A stretch of 64,000 nt of DNA, from positions 44,915 through 108,914 of IMG/VR virus record IMGVR_UViG_3300035670_010691; one strand, 5' to 3'. The notes below the pieces were generated by a model. It was not told the origin of the DNA. It was given only the letters and a program-made list of their open reading frames with translations, and did no database searches. The first letter of the stretch is position 1. Every line of letters begins with the position of its first letter. Below, piece by piece: positions 39,601 to 47,983 of the stretch. The stretch comes from a virus. The position numbers and the translations under genes were made by a program.

Positions 39601-41579
39601 AAGGTATTGATTATGTTGTTTGTCGGGAATGTGGTGAGAAGATGAAACAAGTTCAATACAGACATCTCCAATATAAACACAACATGACGTTGGAAGAATA
39701 CAGAAAAAAACATCCAAGTGCACAACTTGTCTGTGAAACTGCAAAAAGTATTGGTGATAAAAATCCAATGAAAAACACAGAGGTTAGAAAAAAACATCAA
39801 AAATCTGTATCATCTATTGAGTATAAACAAATGATGAGTGAACGGATGACAGGTGTGAACAAAGGAAATAAACGACCTGATTTAGAAAAACTAAACAAAG
39901 ATCCTAATTTTAGAAGAAAAATAAGTGAAGGTGTAAAACGTTCATATCAAAACAACCCAAGTCTTTTAGAAAACAGAACTAATTCGGGTAAAAAATATGG
40001 ATTTGGAAATCAAAAAACAAAAGAAAAAATAGCAAAGATAAAAGGTCACGTTAGTCCACAAGATAAAGACCCATTTTTATTCTATACCGAATTGGTTAGA
40101 AATAAAACAAATGAAAACTATCAAAAACATTTTGATAAAATAGAAAATGCTAAAAAACGAAGTAGAGATTTTCATTTAGATCACAAATACAGTATAAAAG
40201 AAGGATTTGATAATAATATTCCTGTTGAAGTGATTGCACATTATAAAAATCTACGAATACTTGATGGTAGATTGAATGAGAGTAAAGGATCGAAATCTTC
40301 AATAAAACTAAATGAACTCATTGTAGATATACAAAATTCAAATGATCCACTTGATAATAGAATACTTTTATTATGCGGTGGGGCGTACGGCCACATGGCT
40401 CATCCGTTTGATACAGAGATAAACTTAACTTTCGGTGACCTTAAAGATATTGCTAATCGTGCATTAGATGGAACACTTGAACTAACCACCGAGAAAACAG
40501 ACGGACAAGCACTTGCAATTTCTTGGAGAGATGATAGAGGTTTAATTGCTGCAAGAAACAAAGGACACCTTAAAAATCGTGGTGAAAGTGCATTGGATAT
40601 AAATGGTGTATCTGCTAAATTCCAAGGTCGTGGTGGTCTTTCAGACGCTTACAATTTTGCTATGAAAGACCTAACTAAAGCAATAAAAACTTTATCTCCA
40701 AAACAAAGAGAAAAGATTTTCCAAAATGGTAGTTCATTTATGAATTTAGAAGTCATTTACCCAACTTCGGTAAATGTTATTCCTTACGGTCAACCACTTC
40801 TTATTTTCCACGGAACAATGCAATATGACGAAAATGGAATTGCTGTTGGTGAAAATAAAGAAGCAGCAAGAATACTTGCAGGTATGATTAAACAAGTCAA
40901 CCAAGATGTTCAAGACAATTATACTATTCAAGGTCCACCCTTTATTCAATTACCAAAATCACAAACACTTTCTTCTAAAAAAGGAAAGTATTTAGGTCAA
41001 ATTCAAAAATTACAAAGTGAGTTTGGTTTAAAAGATACAGATGGAGTTGCAGAATATCATCAGGCCTGGTGGTCTAATTGGGTAGATAAAAACTCACCTG
41101 TCACATTAGACAATAAAACCAAAATGGGATTGGTTAAGAGATGGGCTTTTGGTGATAAATCTTTTAGTTTAAATAAAAACAATATACCTGACCAAAAATT
41201 ATTAGAGTGGGCACAAAAACACGAAAAAGACAACCATCAAAAAATTTCAAAAGATAATTTAATGAAATTTGAAAATATATTCTTGGGTCTTGGTGCAGAA
41301 GTATTAGAATTTACTTCATCTGCCCTAACTGTAAATCCTGATAAAGCAATTAGGGATATGAAACAAAGATTAGACCAAACTGCTAAGGATGTTCGCAAAT
41401 CAGGTGACCCTAAAAAAATAGCAAAACTTAAATTAGAATTGGAAAGATTAAACTCTATTGGTGGTCCATCTAAAATCGTTCCAATCGAAGGGATAGTTTT
41501 TCAATATAAAGGAAAAACGATGAAACTTACTGGTTCATTTGCTTCTCTCAACCAAATCTTGGGTATTTTTTACGGATGA
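36639..41579 (+). CDS. multidomain (polyvalent-type) polyprotein: HIGH nucleotidyltransferase, Zn ribbon, HExxH metallopeptidase-like, HD phosphohydrolase, HNH endonuclease, KxDG ligase-like nucleotidyltransferase
   Basis: GRFQPMHKGH; CQKC/CHLC; HELIH; FHDIGK; HLDHKYS...N; EKTDG...EGIVF...KLTG; domains separated by [LIV]xE. Confidence 0.75.
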   Translation: MNSLSNFLVEQILLEDKSPIKDVVVVYVGRFQPMHKGHYAVYEHLTKKFGKNNVFVGTSDKVEKDRSPFSFKEKQEIMYTMFGIPKNRIVNVKNPYAPTEVLKKYNEKTTAFVTVVGEKDKSRLGGKYFQKWDGEPTEGYDVRGYVYVAPSFGGGISGTETRNGLSLGSDEQKKDFFKNRVYGKYNEKIFRMITDKLNESFVIRKETIEEWLIKEHNHINGTLGFSDTGDMEVDDGPNSFLPNFEVFNKINVERAVRIGYDVLQKITMDVIEDYPIYPDGPVDAVSFYPAGVIGKLTTTNQVDYYNNDAYDEWYKHATRVAGQAGYQLVQTELEKIHGKEVEDQSEKDAINLKKYIEENINIPVKVGDTILTGRFKNKKVVVKNIGKDDHGMPTINGKKVVNFRLVKEGFIAELVGSTVDCQKCDHTWEIRPEDKTPYLCHLCGYDNQKMEFDYDEWNKWKEKEEINEVSSNGGYRADAGEPDPVFVTNGNIRKINSNKGRPEYWFENGGYTQLHFPKGDFPFGKGKGKDTESQQRVVKYKVKNVVKSTLPPPKSNDVNVEKIYETIKKVNGKYVVYPKGGGDRLGTHDTLSAAKKQLAAIEISKHKHESLFGGDGGMKPYEKLLMGGLVKFMQNTLGFSGKVVVKKKSSNSLFGDLSLSDAAMRGKITLHYNPNSSYEIMLKSLIHELIHAKQVAKGELKPSSDYKSLVWKGNPFISVKDYNNFQRKDINQYKKLPWEKEAYAGMDKYYRMFLNSKEFKELVGKDPNLDYILSNLNEVGIGTGQSGLRMGYPDKDQLKKRMKDVENQRKQTDSNKEFQYEPINEGQLEDLGITDFKSLFQKMPSDLQKRVYNLKNIEQRKDTHPEGNVLKHTITVVNRSLKDDDIDIAIAAMFHDIGKDETMGIHPTKGHITHFGHEKVSANLVSKYKNWIQSVGANPANVLYIVKNHMRYKELSNMRPKKQEKLKSFRAFDKLDKFSKHDRGGLGEGIDYVVCRECGEKMKQVQYRHLQYKHNMTLEEYRKKHPSAQLVCETAKSIGDKNPMKNTEVRKKHQKSVSSIEYKQMMSERMTGVNKGNKRPDLEKLNKDPNFRRKISEGVKRSYQNNPSLLENRTNSGKKYGFGNQKTKEKIAKIKGHVSPQDKDPFLFYTELVRNKTNENYQKHFDKIENAKKRSRDFHLDHKYSIKEGFDNNIPVEVIAHYKNLRILDGRLNESKGSKSSIKLNELIVDIQNSNDPLDNRILLLCGGAYGHMAHPFDTEINLTFGDLKDIANRALDGTLELTTEKTDGQALAISWRDDRGLIAARNKGHLKNRGESALDINGVSAKFQGRGGLSDAYNFAMKDLTKAIKTLSPKQREKIFQNGSSFMNLEVIYPTSVNVIPYGQPLLIFHGTMQYDENGIAVGENKEAARILAGMIKQVNQDVQDNYTIQGPPFIQLPKSQTLSSKKGKYLGQIQKLQSEFGLKDTDGVAEYHQAWWSNWVDKNSPVTLDNKTKMGLVKRWAFGDKSFSLNKNNIPDQKLLEWAQKHEKDNHQKISKDNLMKFENIFLGLGAEVLEFTSSALTVNPDKAIRDMKQRLDQTAKDVRKSGDPKKIAKLKLELERLNSIGGPSKIVPIEGIVFQYKGKTMKLTGSFASLNQILGIFYG
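39603..40370 (+). mobile_element. in-frame HNH homing-endonuclease-like module
   Basis: CRECG...H...H zinc finger, NUMOD3-like basic repeats (GDKNPM, RRKISEG), DHKYSIKEGF...NLRIL...NESK HNH core. Confidence 0.65.
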
Positions 41580-41580
41580 T

Positions 41581-42402
41581 ATGCAAATAAAAGATGTTAT
41601 TTTAAATATTAAAAATGAATATTTAGAAACTTGTAAACTTTCATCTCCATCAATTAATCATAATCTTAATGAAAAACAAAGATTATGGTCTAATATATCA
41701 AAAAAAATATATGTAATTGGTGATAAACTTGAACATTTTGAAGACCAAGCAAATAAAGTTGGATTGAATGACATTTATTATAAACTAACTTTTCTTGATA
41801 TCAGTAAAAACGAAAGTTTAAAAGAATATCGACATCTTTATGAAGAATATGTAGAAAAAATAGACGAAAATTGGCGTCTTTATTTTTACTATTTTGGTTG
41901 TCATTTATCTCATTATTTTGTTTTAAATGATTTTTTAAAATCAAACGAAACTCATGCAATAGTTTTTGAAAATGATTGTACTTTTAATTTTGAAATTGAA
42001 AATTCATTATTGATAGAACTAAAAAAATTATTAGATAATAGAAAAGATATTGGTTATCTTAATTTGGGATTTGGTGATTTGAAAGAAGATTTTAAATCTG
42101 ATATTAAAATTGGAAATTTTTATATACAAGAATTACGTTCTTCTTCCATGACTCATTCTTATATTATAAATCGAGATGAAGCTTTAAATTTTTGTAATAC
42201 ACTTAATTTTAATATCCCTATGCGACCTCCTAAAGAATGGTGCATTTTTGGAAGAAATAATCAACATTTGGAAATTGGATATAGAACACAAATAGATGAT
42301 TATTTTAGTACATTTGTTAGAAATTTTGGTATTTATTTTCCTCTTACATACCAAGAAAATATTAATATAGCCAGTCAAAAAGGATTTAAATATTTAGATT
42401 AA
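41581..42402 (+). CDS. GT25-like glycosyltransferase
   Basis: GCHLSH, IVFENDC, THSYII, IDD motifs. Confidence 0.65.
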   Translation: MQIKDVILNIKNEYLETCKLSSPSINHNLNEKQRLWSNISKKIYVIGDKLEHFEDQANKVGLNDIYYKLTFLDISKNESLKEYRHLYEEYVEKIDENWRLYFYYFGCHLSHYFVLNDFLKSNETHAIVFENDCTFNFEIENSLLIELKKLLDNRKDIGYLNLGFGDLKEDFKSDIKIGNFYIQELRSSSMTHSYIINRDEALNFCNTLNFNIPMRPPKEWCIFGRNNQHLEIGYRTQIDDYFSTFVRNFGIYFPLTYQENINIASQKGFKYLD

Positions 42403-42413
42403 TTATATTTATA
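42403..42413 (+). promoter_or_regulatory. candidate late promoter TTATATTTATA
   Basis: Identical 11-mer at 42403, 47111 and 49733 in intergenic gaps. Confidence 0.5.
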
Positions 42414-42439
42414 TTAAAATAACCACCTAATGTGTAAAA

Positions 42440-43114
42440 ATGGGAAAAGAACAAAAAGAATTTAGAAAATCATATATGCACCCAACTCGTAGAAAACTTG
42501 TGGATATGGTTTTGACGGGTGAATACGATAAAGATATAAAAGTAGGATACACTTCCGATATTGATAAAAAACAAATTATTAGAAAAGTCGGTGAAAAATG
42601 GGAAGATGATAAGTACATCTACGAACAGAAAGATGGATATGTAACCAAAGCGGGTAAAAACACCGAAGTATTTACAGATTTAAGAAAGTGGTTACAAGAA
42701 CAAACCAAATGTAAAAACACCGAATGTAAATCTAAAAAGAGTACGCAAAAAGATAAAAAACTTATCATAAAAACAGGATATTGTATAAACTGTTTAGCAG
42801 AAATTGAAACCGAAGTTCGTCACAAAGGAGTTTGGCAAGAATATCAAAACTACCGCATTTGGACAAAAATGATTTTAGAAGGTAAAAAAAAATTAGAAGA
42901 TTTAAAAGAAGCACATGATAATTTAAAACAGGAATATGAATATATTAATTCAGATGGTCGACCAGAAAAATGGTCTCTTGATAAACCTGTTGAAGAAGTC
43001 AAAAAAGAAATGTGGGATTTTATTGAAAAAGGTAATGAAGAAATACTTGTTTTAGAAAATAAAAAAAATGAAGCGTTTGAAATTTTAAAACAAAAAGGTT
43101 TCGATATATTTTAA
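42440..43114 (+). CDS. hypothetical phage protein with a possible Zn site
   Basis: CKNTEC...CINC; preceded by the TATTTATA motif. Confidence 0.55.
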   Translation: MGKEQKEFRKSYMHPTRRKLVDMVLTGEYDKDIKVGYTSDIDKKQIIRKVGEKWEDDKYIYEQKDGYVTKAGKNTEVFTDLRKWLQEQTKCKNTECKSKKSTQKDKKLIIKTGYCINCLAEIETEVRHKGVWQEYQNYRIWTKMILEGKKKLEDLKEAHDNLKQEYEYINSDGRPEKWSLDKPVEEVKKEMWDFIEKGNEEILVLENKKNEAFEILKQKGFDIF

Positions 43115-43118
43115 TTAT

Positions 43119-43970
43119 ATGGATGAAATTCAAATAAATGCACTGAATAAGATAATTCATTTTTTGAAAACAAATACATTAGTAAAAGAAAAAAAATATT
43201 TTCCAAAAAATCCAAATAAAAAACTATCATTATGGAAAGAAATAACATCAAGTTTATATGTTGTTGGATTTCAAGATTTGGAACATTTTTTTATTGATGA
43301 AGCAAACAAACAGGGTTTTTCTATTTTATTAAATCATGTTAATCCAACCCACGTTTCAGAGTTGGATAATTTTTTAGAAGAAGAAAAAAATATTATTTTG
43401 GATTTATTTGAAAAAAATGATGTTGGACATGAACCTTTGATGGCAATTGGATGTCACACTTCTCATCTTGTAGCTTTGGAACATTTTTTGAAAAATACAA
43501 ATGATGATTTTGCATTTATTTTTGAAGAAGATTGTAAATTCAATTTTATTTTGAGTGATGAATATTTAATAGAATTAGGAAATTTGTTAAAAAGTGATTT
43601 GGGTAAAGATATAAATTTTTTACACTTAGGATATGAACATAGTCATAAAAATAATCTTTTTAATACAAAAAACTTTTCAATAAATTTACTAACTGACAAT
43701 AATATGACTCATTCGTATTTGATAAGTAGGGAACAAGCTAAAAAATTTTGTGATACTCATGATTTTACAAAACCAATCACCAAATTAAATGATTGGGTAT
43801 TTGAAAATTCAGAAACGTATGATAAAGTTAAAAATAAACAAGATATTATTTATAGAACACAGTGTGATGATTATTTTTCATACTTTTGTAAATGTCATGG
43901 TTTTAAAAAATCTGTTACTTTTCAGCAAAATATAGGAGAAAATTCAGAGAAAGGATTTAAGTATGTTTAA
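43119..43970 (+). CDS. GT25-like glycosyltransferase (paralog of 41581)
   Basis: GCHTSH, FIFEEDC, THSYLI, YRTQCDDYFS. Confidence 0.65.
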   Translation: MDEIQINALNKIIHFLKTNTLVKEKKYFPKNPNKKLSLWKEITSSLYVVGFQDLEHFFIDEANKQGFSILLNHVNPTHVSELDNFLEEEKNIILDLFEKNDVGHEPLMAIGCHTSHLVALEHFLKNTNDDFAFIFEEDCKFNFILSDEYLIELGNLLKSDLGKDINFLHLGYEHSHKNNLFNTKNFSINLLTDNNMTHSYLISREQAKKFCDTHDFTKPITKLNDWVFENSETYDKVKNKQDIIYRTQCDDYFSYFCKCHGFKKSVTFQQNIGENSEKGFKYV

Positions 43971-44646
43971 ATTTATTAAAAAAAATATAAAAAATATAAT
44001 AATCATTGCATTAGCAATTAATTTAATTTATTTAAGTGGTATTTTCAGTAAAAAAGGAGATATAGAAACTATAAGAGTTGATGGTAAAGAATATGAATTA
44101 CTATCACAAAAAATAGATACCGTTGTTGTAGAAAAAGAAGTTAAAGTTACAGAGTATGTTCCAAAAACAGTTTTTAGAACAGATACAGTAAGAGTTGCAA
44201 TACCGGCTGATGTAGATACAACAGCTATATTAGAAGATTACTTTGCATCTTACACAGTTGTAGATACACTCAAATTAGATTATGATTTTCCTGATGGGGT
44301 AACAACTGAAAGTGGAGCAAAACCATCAACACTTGGTTATGGTGTTTTAACTGATATACTTTCACAAAATAAAATTCAGTCCCGTAAAGTAGATTGGACG
44401 TTTCAAATACCAACCATTTATAACACCACAATCGTAAAAGAATTACCAAAAAATGAATTTTATTTTGGTGGTGGATTGGGATATAGTAAAGAAAACTTTT
44501 TACAAACCGCAAGTGGTGGTCTTTTATGGAAAACAAAAGGACAAAGAGTAATCGGTTTACAGTTGGGTATAAACAACTCAACTGTTGGTGAAGTAACAGA
44601 ATTTACTCCATTTATTGAAGGATCTTACTTTATAAAAATAAAATAA
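43963..44646 (+). CDS. membrane-anchored protein, possible spanin-like lysis protein
   Basis: N-terminal hydrophobic helix; C-terminal amphipathic beta strands ending SYFIKIK. Confidence 0.4.
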   Translation: MFKFIKKNIKNIIIIALAINLIYLSGIFSKKGDIETIRVDGKEYELLSQKIDTVVVEKEVKVTEYVPKTVFRTDTVRVAIPADVDTTAILEDYFASYTVVDTLKLDYDFPDGVTTESGAKPSTLGYGVLTDILSQNKIQSRKVDWTFQIPTIYNTTIVKELPKNEFYFGGGLGYSKENFLQTASGGLLWKTKGQRVIGLQLGINNSTVGEVTEFTPFIEGSYFIKIK

Positions 44647-44648
44647 AA

Positions 44649-46238
44649 ATGAGTACTCAAAAATTAAGTTTAAAAGATATTATTAAAATTGAGTATCAGA
44701 AATGTGCAGGAGATCCTGTATATTTTATGAAAAAATACTGTATGATACAACATCCAGTTCGTGGTAAAATTCCTTTTCACTTATATCCCTTTCAAGACCG
44801 AGTATTAGAACAATTTAAAGATAACCGATATAACATTGTTTTAAAGTCAAGACAGACGGGTATATCGACACTTGTGGCTGGTTTCTCACTTTGGAAGATG
44901 TTGTTTAACTCAGACTTTAATGTATTGGTTATTGCTACCAAACAAGAAGTTGCAAAAAACTTGGTAACCAAAGTTCGTTACATGAATGATAATTTACCTA
45001 CTTGGTTAAAACAAACAACAGTCGAAGATAACAAACTTTCACTTCGTTACTCAAATGGGTCACAGATAAAGGCTACTTCTGCTGCAGGAGACGCAGGTCG
45101 TTCCGAAGCACTATCCTTATTGGTATTTGATGAAGCGGCATTTATTGATAAAATTGAAGAAATTTGGATATCTGCACAATCTACACTTTCAACAGGGGGT
45201 AGTGCAATTATTCTTTCAACTCCAAATGGTGTTGGTAATTTCTTTCACAAAACTTGGGTAGACGCCGAAGAAGAACTTAATGGATTTAATACCATTAGAC
45301 TTCACTGGTCAGTTCATCCCGAAAGAGATCAAAGTTGGAGAGATGAACAAGAAAGACTTTTGGGAACAAAAGGAGCTGCACAAGAATGTGATTGTGATTT
45401 TGTTAGTTCAGGTGATACTGTGATTGACCCACAACTTCTAATGTTTTATAAAGAAACATTTTGTCAAGAACCAAAAGAAAAGGGTGGTTTTGATGGAAAC
45501 TTGTGGAAATGGGAATATCCTGATTATAGTAAATCATATATGGTAGTAGCTGACGTTGCTCGTGGAGATGGTGCCGACTATTCTGCTTGTCAGGTAATTG
45601 AAATAGACAGTGCAACACAAGTAGCTGAATACAAAGGTAAATTAGACACCAAGGACTTTGGAAACTTTTTGGTAGCACTTTCAACAGAGTATAATGAAGC
45701 ACTTTTGGTAATTGAAAATGCAAACATCGGTTGGGCAACAATACAACAGGTTATAGACAGAGGATACAGAAACCTCTTTTACATGAGTAAAGACTTACAG
45801 TATGTAGATGTTGAAAATCAACTTACCAATAGGTATAGAGCAATGGATAGAAATTTAGTAGCAGGGTTTTCAACTACAAATAAGAGTAGACCATTAATTA
45901 TATCTAAATTAGATGAATATTTTAGAGATAAATCAGTAACCATTAGGTCTAATAGAACAATTGAAGAATTATTTACGTTTATTTGGAAAAATCAAAGAGC
46001 AGAAGCTATGCAAGGATACAATGATGACCTAACTATGGCTCTTGCAATTGGACTTTGGGTTAGAGATACTGCACTTCGTTTAAGACAAGAAGGGCAAGAT
46101 TTGACAAAGAGTATGTTAGATAGAATAGGACAATCATCACTTGATTTAGGTGGGTTTTCAGGAAACTCACATTTTGATGAAGACCCTTGGAGTATGAAAG
46201 TTGGTAAAGATGATTTTGATTTGAGAGGATTGTTATAA
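44649..46238 (+). CDS. terminase large subunit (T4 gp17-like)
   Basis: KSRQTGIST Walker A, VFDEAAF Walker B, STPNG, ADVARG and NDDL nuclease motifs. Confidence 0.95.
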   Translation: MSTQKLSLKDIIKIEYQKCAGDPVYFMKKYCMIQHPVRGKIPFHLYPFQDRVLEQFKDNRYNIVLKSRQTGISTLVAGFSLWKMLFNSDFNVLVIATKQEVAKNLVTKVRYMNDNLPTWLKQTTVEDNKLSLRYSNGSQIKATSAAGDAGRSEALSLLVFDEAAFIDKIEEIWISAQSTLSTGGSAIILSTPNGVGNFFHKTWVDAEEELNGFNTIRLHWSVHPERDQSWRDEQERLLGTKGAAQECDCDFVSSGDTVIDPQLLMFYKETFCQEPKEKGGFDGNLWKWEYPDYSKSYMVVADVARGDGADYSACQVIEIDSATQVAEYKGKLDTKDFGNFLVALSTEYNEALLVIENANIGWATIQQVIDRGYRNLFYMSKDLQYVDVENQLTNRYRAMDRNLVAGFSTTNKSRPLIISKLDEYFRDKSVTIRSNRTIEELFTFIWKNQRAEAMQGYNDDLTMALAIGLWVRDTALRLRQEGQDLTKSMLDRIGQSSLDLGGFSGNSHFDEDPWSMKVGKDDFDLRGLL

Positions 46239-46239
46239 T

Positions 46240-47109
46240 ATGTCATATGATTTAATTGAGTTATTGAGTATTGGTGTTTTCAACACAATTATATTAGACG
46301 AAAAAAGAAAAATAATTATATTTGGACATCCAAAGATAGGTAGTAGATTTTTAACTTCTTTTGCTGATGAAAACGATTTAGTATATCTTTACAATTCATC
46401 ATCAGAGTTTTTTGATTTAGAATCGAAATTAAATCCCCATGATGGTAGAATAACAAGTAAACAAGCAAGAATTTTGGTTGAAAATCTCAAACAAGATAAA
46501 GATACAAAAATTTATATTTTTGTCAGGAATGCAAAAGATAGATTTGCATCGGGATTTATACAAGCAATTAATTCACAAAGAGTTTTTGATTTATTATCTA
46601 TGAATTCATTAAATTTAGATATTTTATCAATTGATTATTATCTAAATAAATTTATTAAAAATTTAGATTTTGAAATAGAAGAAAGGATAAAATTAGGATC
46701 TATTTTTAATTTTATTGTCGAAAATTATTCCGATAAATTATTAGAGGATGTTCATATTGATAGTTATCACCAAAATTTATTTTCATTTCTTAAAATTATA
46801 GAAAAAAATAAAGTTTTTGAAAAACAAAATATCAAAGTAAATGATATTTCGAAAATGACAAATGTATTAACTAAAATTTATAATTATAAAAGAACAAATC
46901 AAATAGAAAAAAATTCACATGGTTTGAATGATTACTCAATTTTTTATAATTTGCTAAATCAATCTATGGAAACAGAATATAAATTTTTTGGAACATATAA
47001 AAATTATAAAAGTAAATTAAATCTTTTTTTACATCATATCGAATATTTAATTCAGGTTGAACAACGGTATTATGATTTAATTTTAGAAGAATATGGAGAA
47101 AAAGAATAA
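46240..47109 (+). CDS. sulfotransferase-like protein
   Basis: HPKIGSR (5'-PSB loop) and FVRNAKDRFASG (3'-PB motif). Confidence 0.6.
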   Translation: MSYDLIELLSIGVFNTIILDEKRKIIIFGHPKIGSRFLTSFADENDLVYLYNSSSEFFDLESKLNPHDGRITSKQARILVENLKQDKDTKIYIFVRNAKDRFASGFIQAINSQRVFDLLSMNSLNLDILSIDYYLNKFIKNLDFEIEERIKLGSIFNFIVENYSDKLLEDVHIDSYHQNLFSFLKIIEKNKVFEKQNIKVNDISKMTNVLTKIYNYKRTNQIEKNSHGLNDYSIFYNLLNQSMETEYKFFGTYKNYKSKLNLFLHHIEYLIQVEQRYYDLILEEYGEKE

Positions 47110-47110
47110 T

Positions 47111-47121
47111 TTATATTTATA
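47111..47121 (+). promoter_or_regulatory. candidate late promoter TTATATTTATA
   Basis: Recurring intergenic motif. Confidence 0.5.
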
Positions 47122-47124
47122 TAA

Positions 47125-47718
47125 ATGATGAATACTATAAAAGAAACCCAAGAACTTTACGAAGAATATAGAAAACAATTTACTGAAAGGTCGGTAATAA
47201 CGGAAGCAATACAACTTCACCAAGAAACCAAACTTCCTTTTATTGAGAATATTTTTCGTATGTATTCCAAAAATTATTTTAAAACGATAAACGAAGCTCG
47301 TAAACTTTACAACGAAGGAAAACTCAAAAATATCCACGAATGGGACAAAGAGTTATTCAAAACAGACATAGGTAAAGTTGGAGTTTATGAAGGAAAGAAA
47401 GTTCCACTTGATATACCTTTAATGGAAGCGGAGTATCAAGGTAAAGATGTAGACTTAAACCAACCTAAACGAGGTGGTTCCAAAAAGTTTTATGTATATG
47501 TGAAAGACGGTGATAAAGTAAAGAAAGTTTCTTTTGGTGCACAAGGTGGAGGTGGTTCTCTTGCAGTTAAACTAAAAGATCCTGAAGCCAAAAAGGCATT
47601 TAAAGACAGACACAACTGTGAACAGAAAAACGATAAGACCAAAGCAGGATATTGGGCTTGTAGACTTCCTCGTTACGCAAAGTCATTAGGACTTTCTGGT
47701 GGAGGTCAGTGGTGGTAA
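47125..47718 (+). CDS. phage head-associated hypothetical protein
   Basis: LME^AEYQG...KKFYVYVK...VSFG...RHNC...AGYWAC, a module type recognised from T4-like phages. Confidence 0.55.
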   Translation: MMNTIKETQELYEEYRKQFTERSVITEAIQLHQETKLPFIENIFRMYSKNYFKTINEARKLYNEGKLKNIHEWDKELFKTDIGKVGVYEGKKVPLDIPLMEAEYQGKDVDLNQPKRGGSKKFYVYVKDGDKVKKVSFGAQGGGGSLAVKLKDPEAKKAFKDRHNCEQKNDKTKAGYWACRLPRYAKSLGLSGGGQWW

Positions 47719-47719
47719 T

Positions 47720-47980
47720 ATGAAACCATACAAAGAAAATATAAAAGGAAATATCAAAGAAAGAGTGTTTACTGAAAATGTAGATACTCACGAATTGGTA
47801 TGGCATAGAGATAGAAATGATAGAGAAGTTACAATAGTAGAGGGAAACGGTTGGATGTTTCAAATGGATAATGAACTTCCTGTAGTACTAAACGAAGGAG
47901 ATGTCTTATACATCCCGAAAAACACTTATCACAGAATACTTCGTGGTAATGGTAATTTAAAACTCAAAATTAAAGAATAA
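47720..47980 (+). CDS. small cupin-domain protein
   Basis: WHRD...E...GDVLYIPKNTYHRI. Confidence 0.7.
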   Translation: MKPYKENIKGNIKERVFTENVDTHELVWHRDRNDREVTIVEGNGWMFQMDNELPVVLNEGDVLYIPKNTYHRILRGNGNLKLKIKE

Positions 47981-47983
47981 GTA

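Noticed and set aside
39603-40376. HNH module read as an intein or group I intron
   Set aside because: No N-terminal C/S splice block and no His-Asn before the Cys at 40374 (context is ILLLC); the frame is open throughout and no intron core is recognisable. RT-PCR would exclude splicing fully
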